Part shown: in pieces, positions 56,891-64,000 of the stretch
How the letters are laid out: each line of letters opens with the position of its first letter
Position numbering within the stretch: position 1 is the first letter of the stretch
Source of the DNA: Acidimicrobiales bacterium
GTDB taxonomy: Bacteria; Actinomycetota; Acidimicrobiia; Acidimicrobiales; Aldehydirespiratoraceae
Direction of reading: 5' to 3'
Length of the DNA: 64,000 nucleotides
Assembly: GCA_965200005.1 (NCBI GenBank)
Contig: OZ241331.1
Coordinates: 2,747,862 to 2,811,861 of the forward strand
The notes under the pieces: generated by a model
What the model saw: only the letters and a program-made list of their open reading frames with translations
What the model was told of the DNA's origin: nothing
Database searches by the model: none
Program-made: the position numbers and the translations under genes

Positions 56891-57919
56891 TCACGAGCGG
56901 GCTGCGCTTCGATCCTTAGCGCCGTTAGCCGAAGCGTCAGGCATCACGGCACGCCAGACCTTGTCGGTGATCTCAACCATCATCTCAGGGTTGTCACGCA
57001 AGAACCGCTTGACCTTCTCACGGCCCTGGCCCATCTGGTCGCCCTCATAGGTGTACCAGGAACCGGCCTTGCGAACGATCGACTTCGACACGGCGAGGTC
57101 GAGCACCGAACCCTCACGTGAGATTCCCTCGCCATACATGATGTCGAACTCGGCCTGCTTGAACGGAGGCGCACACTTGTTCTTGACCACCTTCACCCGG
57201 GTGCGATTACCGACAACCTCAACACCGTTCTTGATCGCCTCAATCCGGCGGATGTCTAGCCGTACCGACGAATAGAACTTGAGAGCACGACCACCAGGTG
57301 TTGTCTCCGGTGAACCGAACATGACACCGATCTTCTCGCGCAACTGGTTGATGAAAATGCAGATCGTGTTCGTCTTGTTGAGGTTGGATGTGAGCTTGCG
57401 CAGAGCCTGAGACATAAGCCGGGCTTGCAAACCGACATGAGTATCACCCATGTCACCTTCGAGTTCGGCACGTGGCGTCAGCGCGGCAACCGAATCAATT
57501 ACAACCACATCAAGAGCACCCGAACGCACCAACATGTCGGTGATCTCAAGAGCTTGCTCACCGGTGTCGGGCTGAGAAATGAGCAACTCTTCGATGTCAA
57601 CACCGATCGCCTTAGCATAAGTCGGATCCATGGCGTGCTCAGCATCCACATATGCGCAGACGCCACCGTTTCGCTGTGCCTCAGCAACGACGTGAGTAGC
57701 CAGCGTTGTCTTGCCTGAAGACTCGGGCCCGTAAATCTCAGTGACCCTGCCTCTTGGCAGCCCCCCGATGCCAAGCGCAAGGTCGAGCGACAATGCACCA
57801 GTCGGGATGGCTTCGATACCCAGAGTGGCCTTCTCGCCCATCCTCATAACCGAGCCACGCCCGAACTGCTTTTCGATCTGGCTCATCGCTAGCTCGAGAG
57901 CCTTATTCCGATCCTTCAT
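56891..57919 (-). CDS. recA: recombinase RecA
   Basis: [11 protein letters not shown] Walker A plus the full RecA core. No intein. GGAG RBS. Confidence 0.98.
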   Translation of the reverse strand: MKDRNKALELAMSQIEKQFGRGSVMRMGEKATLGIEAIPTGALSLDLALGIGGLPRGRVTEIYGPESSGKTTLATHVVAEAQRNGGVCAYVDAEHAMDPTYAKAIGVDIEELLISQPDTGEQALEITDMLVRSGALDVVVIDSVAALTPRAELEGDMGDTHVGLQARLMSQALRKLTSNLNKTNTICIFINQLREKIGVMFGSPETTPGGRALKFYSSVRLDIRRIEAIKNGVEVVGNRTRVKVVKNKCAPPFKQAEFDIMYGEGISREGSVLDLAVSKSIVRKAGSWYTYEGDQMGQGREKVKRFLRDNPEMMVEITDKVWRAVMPDASANGAKDRSAARS

Positions 57920-58162
57920 TACGATCTCCTATGTGTATTTGTGTAACTGTGATACTTGTTCATCGGCCGGTGCAACTGACGGGCCCGCTGGCGAATCCCG
58001 ATACCAACAAACTACGACACCGCTATGACACGGCGGTCGTGTCGCTTGAATTGAATGGCTCGCACTCAAACTCCAGTTGGTCTTCAACCAGGATTTGTTC
58101 CGGTGATGGACGTCGTGATTGACCGGCGTCCATCGGGCCCATGCATTACATCAGTGTAGTTC

Positions 58163-58176
58163 CGAACATTTGTTCA
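58163..58176. promoter_or_regulatory. LexA box cGAACatttGTTCa in the recA-msrB intergenic region
   Basis: Perfect GAAC-N4-GTTC core (Cheo-box-like), 244 nt upstream of the recA ATG. Confidence 0.65.
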
Positions 58177-58407
58177 TGTCAAGCATCGTGCCACCCTCCA
58201 GCGGCGCCCGGTGACCCGTGCCCGCCAAAGACGCGGCAATTTCAAACGTCAACTTTGGGTCTTAAGCGTGCCGGCGCACTCGTGACCGATATCCACAAGG
58301 TTCAAACTCGCCAGCCAAAGTCATTTCGAACCTTGATCTAAATGCGTACCGTACCTGCAACCAGATCATCCACAACAGTGGCACCGCCAGCACAAGGAAG
58401 GCTCACA

Positions 58408-58833
58408 GTGACCACACAATCTGCACCCACAAAGAAGAGCTTTGACGAAGCTGACCTGCGAGGCCGCCTCACCGCAGAGCAATACAGGATCACCCAGAAA
58501 GCCGGGACTGAACGTGCCTTTACCGGTCAGTACTGGAACTGTCACGAAGACGGCACCTATCACTGCATCGTGTGCGACACTCCGCTGTTTTCAAGTGACA
58601 CCAAATACGACTCTGGCACTGGTTGGCCAAGCTTCTGGGAAGCACTCGATGATGCGGCCGTGGAGATACACACCGATCGCTCTTTCGGGATGATTCGTGA
58701 AGAGGCTGTGTGTGCAAATTGCGGCGCGCATCTGGGTCACCGCTTTCCTGATGGGCCCCGCCCGACCGGTCAGCGCTACTGCATGAACTCCGCCTCGTTG
58801 CGCCTGCAACCGGGCGAAGCCGCGTGCGGCTGA
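58408..58833 (+). CDS. msrB: peptide-methionine (R)-S-oxide reductase
   Basis: CxxC zinc motifs (CIVCDTPLF, CANCGAHLGH) and catalytic RYCMNS. In-frame GTG at 58408 has GGAAGG 6 nt upstream. The longer ORF-track start adds 22 non-conserved residues. Confidence 0.93.
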   Translation: MTTQSAPTKKSFDEADLRGRLTAEQYRITQKAGTERAFTGQYWNCHEDGTYHCIVCDTPLFSSDTKYDSGTGWPSFWEALDDAAVEIHTDRSFGMIREEAVCANCGAHLGHRFPDGPRPTGQRYCMNSASLRLQPGEAACG

Positions 58834-58843
58834 GGCAGCACCT

Positions 58844-59863
58844 TTGATGCGACTCGTCGACGGCCGCGAACTAACTGAGGCCGAATTCGATGCTGCGCTA
58901 ACGCTCAAGCAACGACTTGATGCCAAGCGTGATCCGCACCTGCCAGTCATGCCGGCGGAAGAGTTGCGCAGCCGTTTCGAGAACGACCGCACGGGCCTTG
59001 CCCGCCACGAACGTGTCGTTGCCTTAAGCGACGGTGACTCACCAGAGGCTCTGGCCATTGGCCACATTGAGTTGACGCTCGACCCGGCCAACGCTCAACT
59101 TGCTGAGTTCGAGATCACACCTGCTGATGATGAAGTGATGCGCTTTGTGCTCGCAGAACTGCTAGCACGCGCCGCACATAACAACCGCAGTTCCATCATC
59201 ATCTTTGGCGACTACAGCGAGGAAGCCAACGTTTTCTGGAACAGCCTCGGCGCGGATCTGCGCTACACCGAGCAGGAGTCGAGCCTCACGCTTGACGCTG
59301 TTGATGCGGATTTGATGCAGAAGTGGGTGGACGCTGCTCCTGATGGTTTCGAGCTTGCCTTCTGGAGTCGCGAATGCCCTAGCGAGTTGATGTACACACA
59401 GGTAGCGGTCGCTAATGCCATGAACGACGCTCCGACTGACGATCTTGACATTGCTGACACGATCGTTGACGAGTCGATCATTACAGCTGGGAACAAGTAC
59501 CGGCTGGCGCTCGGGCTTGAGTGTCACGGCGTACTTGCACTGGCCTCCGACGGGTCAGCGGCCGGCACCACCGAGATCTTTCTCAACCTGCATCGACCTG
59601 CGGCTTCGTGGCAGTGGATCACAGTCGTGTTGCCTGAATACCGGGGGCAACGCATCGGGCGCTGGCTCAAGGCAGCTATGTGGCAATGGCTGCGCGAGAC
59701 CCACCCTGAGGTCACGGCGCTTCACACGGGCAATGCGGCAAGCAACTCGTTCATGCTTGCCATCAACACCGACATGGGTTTCGTACCGACTCACCTGACA
59801 GCGTGCTGGCAAACCGAACGAAGCGTCCTCGAAGATGCCGTCTCTGCGGTGGGTGTCCTCTAG
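58844..59863 (+). CDS. GNAT family N-acetyltransferase, two-domain architecture
   Basis: The C-terminal half has acetyl-CoA motif A (VVLPEYRGQRIGRWLK). The N-terminal half is a degenerate GNAT-like fold. Specific substrate not inferable. Confidence 0.7.
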   Translation: MMRLVDGRELTEAEFDAALTLKQRLDAKRDPHLPVMPAEELRSRFENDRTGLARHERVVALSDGDSPEALAIGHIELTLDPANAQLAEFEITPADDEVMRFVLAELLARAAHNNRSSIIIFGDYSEEANVFWNSLGADLRYTEQESSLTLDAVDADLMQKWVDAAPDGFELAFWSRECPSELMYTQVAVANAMNDAPTDDLDIADTIVDESIITAGNKYRLALGLECHGVLALASDGSAAGTTEIFLNLHRPAASWQWITVVLPEYRGQRIGRWLKAAMWQWLRETHPEVTALHTGNAASNSFMLAINTDMGFVPTHLTACWQTERSVLEDAVSAVGVL

Positions 59864-59864
59864 C

Positions 59865-61142
59865 TCACCTCGTGCTCGCGAGCAAGCGAGTCCGCAGGAA
59901 GTTGAGCGCTGTGATGACCGATAGTTGGCGAACCATTGAGCGATCCATGTTGAACCGTATGCGTCTCGCCTCGCTATGACCATCAAAGGTCAGACCGATC
60001 CAGACGGTGCCGGGGCGCGCTCCCTCGTGAGCTGCCGGGCCCGCTGCGCCGGTCGTCGCTAGGCCCACATCAGCGCCTAGCACCCGGCGGGCACCGTTAG
60101 CCATCGCTAGCACCATCTGCTCGCTGACGGCGTTGCAATCTGGGGTGCCGAGCACATGCACCTTGAGGGAACGGTCATAGGGCACCACCCCGCCCCGCAA
60201 CACATCGCTGGCGCCTGCCACGTCGCTCAGCCGTGCCGAGATCAGCCCGCCAGTTACCGACTCGGCCAACCCAAGCGTTAGGCCACGCGCACGTAGCAGA
60301 TCTAGCACCACCGATTCCATGGTCTCATCGTCGACCCCGAACACGGCCGCTCCGAGCAGGCTCCGCACTCTGGTCTCAACCTGCTTGAGGGCTCGATCGC
60401 CAGCAGCCTCACTGACAGCTTTCGTGGTAATGCGAACCTTGAGTCCCTCCATTCCACTTGCAAGGAATGCGATAGTTGCAGCGCCGGTGGCATCAAGTGA
60501 CCTGATCTCATCGTCCAAGAGCTCAGCTAACTCTGATTCGGAGTGGCCCCAGGTGCGTAGCGTGCGGCTGCATATGACGTGGCGGGAACCTGCGCGAACC
60601 TGCAGATCTGCCAGCACGCAGTGGCTCACCATCTCCCTCATCTCCCAGGGGACCCCAGGCACCGCATAGATGACCTTGCCGCTCGCCTGCGGATCGCGGT
60701 CTTGGGTCGCAGAGGCCGGGATGGGACAGATCAGCCCGGGCGCAGTGCCAGGCTGTACCGGCATAACTCGCGCACCGGATGGCACGTCGGCCTGGCGCAG
60801 GTTGTTATCGGACATGCGGCGGTCACGCCGGTAGAACATCCGGCGGATCCTTTCGGCGACCTCGTCGTCCCGGTGCATCTCGACTCCCATCACCGAGGCG
60901 ATTGCGTCTCGGGTGATGTCATCGTGGGTCGGGCCGAGGCCGCCGCACACGATCACCGCATCGCTGCGACTGAGTGCAAGCCGCAGCGCCGCGACGATCC
61001 GCTCGAGGTTGTCGCCGACCTTGGTCTGGTGATGACTGTCGATGCCCGCAGCAGCTAGCTGCTCACCGATCCAGGAGGAGTTGGTGTCGACGATCTGCCC
61101 AAGCAGCAATTCGGTGCCAACGGCTACGACCTCGCATCTCAC
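59865..61142 (-). CDS. cinA: competence/damage-inducible protein CinA (MoCF-binding domain plus PncC nicotinamide-nucleotide amidase domain)
   Basis: VVAVGTELLLGQIVDTNSSW N-domain and LAESVTGGL PncC motif. GTG at 61142 forms a GTGA overlap with the pgsA stop. The ORF-track extension is unlikely. Confidence 0.9.
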   Translation of the reverse strand: MRCEVVAVGTELLLGQIVDTNSSWIGEQLAAAGIDSHHQTKVGDNLERIVAALRLALSRSDAVIVCGGLGPTHDDITRDAIASVMGVEMHRDDEVAERIRRMFYRRDRRMSDNNLRQADVPSGARVMPVQPGTAPGLICPIPASATQDRDPQASGKVIYAVPGVPWEMREMVSHCVLADLQVRAGSRHVICSRTLRTWGHSESELAELLDDEIRSLDATGAATIAFLASGMEGLKVRITTKAVSEAAGDRALKQVETRVRSLLGAAVFGVDDETMESVVLDLLRARGLTLGLAESVTGGLISARLSDVAGASDVLRGGVVPYDRSLKVHVLGTPDCNAVSEQMVLAMANGARRVLGADVGLATTGAAGPAAHEGARPGTVWIGLTFDGHSEARRIRFNMDRSMVRQLSVITALNFLRTRLLASTR

Positions 61143-61735
61143 GACTGCTGGCGGGCTGCTCGGGCATCCAGGAAATACTGCAAGCCGGTGAACACCGTGA
61201 ATGCGACCGCTATCCACAACACCACGGTGAGCAACACGTCCGCATCTTGTAGCGAAGGCATCACTGCCATTACCAGCGCTACACCTTGAACGAAGGTCTT
61301 GTACTTGGCCGATGGACGGGCTGGGATGGATACGCCCTCACCCGCCCGGCGGGCTCGCCAGGCAGTCATCCCTAGCTCTCGCACAGCAATGATCGTGACC
61401 GGCACCCACCAGTAGCGCTCCACCGCCACCAAGCAGAAGGCAGCGCCGAGCACTGCGACCTTGTCAGCAAGGGGATCAAGAAACTCACCGCTGCGACTAA
61501 CGGCATTGGCCCGCCGCGCTACCCGGCCATCAAGGAAGTCCGTGACGGCCATCGCCACGCCCAAACCGAAGGCCGCCCACGACGCTCCCCTGGTGTCTTC
61601 TGCCTGCAAGATCAACAAGAACAACAGCGGCGAGAAGATCAGCCTCGTGATGGTTAACAGGTTTGCGGGATGCAGCAGGCCTGCCCGAACCGGTGGATCG
61701 GTTGCTAGGGGCTCTTTATCGGTTTGTGCGTTCAC
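61139..61735 (-). CDS. pgsA: CDP-diacylglycerol--glycerol-3-phosphate 3-phosphatidyltransferase
   Basis: CDP-alcohol phosphatidyltransferase motif DFLDGRVARR...G...DPLADK. Confidence 0.9.
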   Translation of the reverse strand: MNAQTDKEPLATDPPVRAGLLHPANLLTITRLIFSPLLFLLILQAEDTRGASWAAFGLGVAMAVTDFLDGRVARRANAVSRSGEFLDPLADKVAVLGAAFCLVAVERYWWVPVTIIAVRELGMTAWRARRAGEGVSIPARPSAKYKTFVQGVALVMAVMPSLQDADVLLTVVLWIAVAFTVFTGLQYFLDARAARQQS

Positions 61736-63039
61736 CTAGCCTCCAGATCACAGCCCAGAGCGGCGGTCACCTTCAAGGATGCGAACGTAGCGGGGGCTAG
61801 TTGTTCCGGCACACAGATGACGCCGTCAATCTCGGGGGCCTCTCGATGGCTCCGGCCTACTCCCACTTCGTCCACAAGCACTTCGACTTGTTGACCAACG
61901 AGAAGGTCACGCCGGTTCGCTGTGATTGAGTCTGCTAACTCGGTCAACTCCGTCAGCCGTTCCGTTCGCAAGCCCGGGTCGACCTTGGGTTCAAGGGTGG
62001 CTGAGTAGGTGCCCGGTTCCTCGGAATAGGCAAAGAAGCCGCACCAATCGAGTTGCGCCTCTTCCACGAAGCGAAGCAGTTCATCGTGGTCTTCTTCAGT
62101 CTCTGTTGGATAGCCAACGATGAAGTTCGAGCGGAACGCGGCATCGGGTTCTCGGCTGCGGATCACCTTGATTCGCTCTAGGAACTTGTTCGCATTGCCG
62201 AAGCGGCGCATGCGACGCAGCAACGGCGCCGAGGCATGTTGCAGGGACAGGTCGAAGTAGGGGACACCGGTGTTACAGATGGCATCGATCAAGGTGTCGT
62301 TGAGATCTGCCGGGTACAGGTAAAGGAGCCGGGTGCGGGCAACCCGCTGCGATACGGCTTCGATTAGCGGCACGATCTGGCGCTTGCCCTTGCCTTGATC
62401 ACGGCCATACGCGGCTAGATCCTGAGCCACGAGAACTATCTCGGCTGCGTCAAGTTGCTCGACTTCTCTGAGGATGTCGCTCATGGAGCGGCTCCGTTGC
62501 GGGCCTCGAAAGCTCGGGATGGCACAGAAGCCACAGGCACGATCGCAACCCTCAGCGATCTTCACATAGGCCCAGGGCCGGGGTGCCGAGGGTCTTGGCA
62601 GGTTCAACAGGTCAAAGGCCGGACGTTTGCGGCGCCCCAGCTCTACAGACACGGGTGCCCTCGGCAGGGACTTGACCCCGACGGGCGGCGAAGGCAGATC
62701 AGCCATGGCATCATCAACCAGGGCCTCACCGAAACCGGCTACACGATCCACTTCGGGCAGTGCATCGGCTAGTTCGGTGCCATAGCGCTCAGCCAGGCAA
62801 CCCGTCACCACCAGTTTGGCATTGTCGGCTTTGGCGTCACTGAGCGACAGGATCACGTCGATTGATTCTTCGCGTGCCTGCTCGATGAACGCGCAGGTGT
62901 TGACCACCACCAACTCCGCGTGAGCGGGGTCGGCGATCGAAGTGAGCCCGTCGGCTTCTAGTAGGCCTGTGATCTTGTCTGAATCAACTTGATTTTTGGG
63001 GCATCCCAGGGTGTGAAGGGAGAACGTGCGCGGCTTCAC
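61732..63039 (-). CDS. rimO: ribosomal protein S12 methylthiotransferase
   Basis: LHTLGCPKNQVDSD N-domain, radical SAM CDRACGFC, TRAM domain. Confidence 0.93.
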   Translation of the reverse strand: MKPRTFSLHTLGCPKNQVDSDKITGLLEADGLTSIADPAHAELVVVNTCAFIEQAREESIDVILSLSDAKADNAKLVVTGCLAERYGTELADALPEVDRVAGFGEALVDDAMADLPSPPVGVKSLPRAPVSVELGRRKRPAFDLLNLPRPSAPRPWAYVKIAEGCDRACGFCAIPSFRGPQRSRSMSDILREVEQLDAAEIVLVAQDLAAYGRDQGKGKRQIVPLIEAVSQRVARTRLLYLYPADLNDTLIDAICNTGVPYFDLSLQHASAPLLRRMRRFGNANKFLERIKVIRSREPDAAFRSNFIVGYPTETEEDHDELLRFVEEAQLDWCGFFAYSEEPGTYSATLEPKVDPGLRTERLTELTELADSITANRRDLLVGQQVEVLVDEVGVGRSHREAPEIDGVICVPEQLAPATFASLKVTAALGCDLEAR

Positions 63040-63047
63040 AACGACGT

Positions 63048-64000
63048 TCAGCCCTCAAGCCCGGCAGTGCCGGTCGGGGGAGGAAGTGTGCTCGTGGTGG
63101 AGTCCTCAGGATCTGGAGGTGCCTCGGTTGTGGTGGTAGTTGCGTACGCCGGTGGGGGCGGGTCGTGGCGGGCACAGTCGCCCGCGATGACATCACGGAT
63201 CCGGTCGACCCTTGTGCCAGTCGAATGTGGAGCGGGTGACCCGAACGAATCGAGGAGGTGCGGGTGAAACGACCAGCCAACGATCTCAGCACCGTCGAAG
63301 TCGATCTGCAACACTCCCGTCTCGCCAGTGTGATTGGCCCGCGGATGCCACACGAAGTTCCCAAGCGAGTAGGCGACGAGTTTGCCGCCCTGGAAGATGA
63401 CTGGTTGAAGCACGTGGGGGTGGTGCCCGATCACTGCGGTCGCCCCAGCATCAAGCAGCGCTCGAGCGATGGCCTCCTGGGACTGGTTCTGGCAGGTGTC
63501 TCGCTCTATGCCCCAGTGAACAGTGGCAATCACCACATCTGCTTGTTCCGCGGCCGTGCGGACAGCCGAGAGGGCTCGGGCTTGGTCTGAGGCAGTGACG
63601 ATGGCAATTCCCGGCGTTGCTGAGCCGGCAATGAAGCCATAAGGGATCACCTGAGAAAAGCCAACGAAGGCCACATCGATGTTGCCCTCGGTGGTGAGCA
63701 CATGAGGTTCGTAAGCCTCGTCACGGTTGCCGCCGGCACCTACGGTCGCCACTTGAGCGGCGTGCAACCATTCGATCGTGTTGATGAGCCCCTCGCCTCC
63801 GTAGTCCATGGCGTGGTTGTTGCCGAGCGTCACGATGTCGATACCCGCTAGGGCGATTCGAGCAGCCGCAGATGACGGCGCCCGGAAGACGAAGCGCTTT
63901 TGCATGGCCCGGCCGCGATCACCAATTGCCATCTCGACGTTCACCAGCGCGATATCGGCGGTGTCGAATTGCGGGTTGAGCAGAGCGAATGGGTTGATGT
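63048..64000 (-). CDS. CapA family (metallophosphatase-fold) protein, 5' end beyond the window
   Basis: The frame is open to the window edge (INPFALLNPQFDTADIALVNVEMAIG...). GNNHAMDYG motif. Thr/Pro-rich C-terminal tail. Confidence 0.8.
   Translation of the reverse strand, partial: INPFALLNPQFDTADIALVNVEMAIGDRGRAMQKRFVFRAPSSAAARIALAGIDIVTLGNNHAMDYGGEGLINTIEWLHAAQVATVGAGGNRDEAYEPHVLTTEGNIDVAFVGFSQVIPYGFIAGSATPGIAIVTASDQARALSAVRTAAEQADVVIATVHWGIERDTCQNQSQEAIARALLDAGATAVIGHHPHVLQPVIFQGGKLVAYSLGNFVWHPRANHTGETGVLQIDFDGAEIVGWSFHPHLLDSFGSPAPHSTGTRVDRIRDVIAGDCARHDPPPPAYATTTTTEAPPDPEDSTTSTLPPPTGTAGLEG

Noticed and set aside
57951-57961. GATACTTGTTC close to the recA start as a proximal SOS box
   Set aside because: The spacing between half-sites is 3 rather than 4 nt, and the left half-site is degenerate.

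Overview
Gene-dense, high-GC chromosomal window (about 58-62% G+C by hand counts on a few 60-nt lines). It comes from an Actinomycetota-type bacterium, judged from three things: genes for the actinobacteria-specific ribosomal proteins bS22 and bL37, an Rpf-type transglycosylase, and GAAC-N4-GTTC SOS boxes with mycobacteria-like gene order. I call about 62 protein-coding genes or gene fragments and one tRNA-Gln. I saw no rRNA, CRISPR array, transposase or integrase. The content is mostly housekeeping, in two conserved syntenic blocks. Block 1 is all on the minus strand: metG-tatD-rpf-rsmA-ispE, tRNA-Gln, prs-rplY-pth-mfd-ppiC-mazG-eno-ftsB, DUF501-ppx. Block 2 is nrdJ, lexA, dapE-dapD-dapC-hflX-dapF-miaA-miaB-recA, then msrB and cinA-pgsA-rimO. 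Between them lie ychF, a BMP-family (nucleoside-type) ABC transporter operon, a PhyH dioxygenase, lgt, an acyl-CoA dehydrogenase and a YihY protein. The window starts inside pyc and ends inside a capA-family gene. The interesting parts are departures from this backbone. (a) The lexA-linked locus at 45.2-48.4 kb holds a divergent small membrane protein sharing SOS boxes, a directly duplicated small TM/coiled-coil gene pair bracketing a lower-GC secreted-protein gene, a recombination scar and a truncated DUF45 metalloprotease remnant. (b) A CO-dehydrogenase/xanthine-dehydrogenase maturation module is inserted into the eno-ftsB-DUF501-ppx operon, and an orphan form-II-like CoxL is inserted between rsmA and ispE. 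(c) Two tiny ribosomal protein genes fall below the ORF-track cutoff. (d) Several short tandem or direct repeats and hairpins sit at operon junctions. I did not find a clear multi-gene novel system (no defence-like enzymes). The lexA-linked locus is my best candidate for something undescribed.
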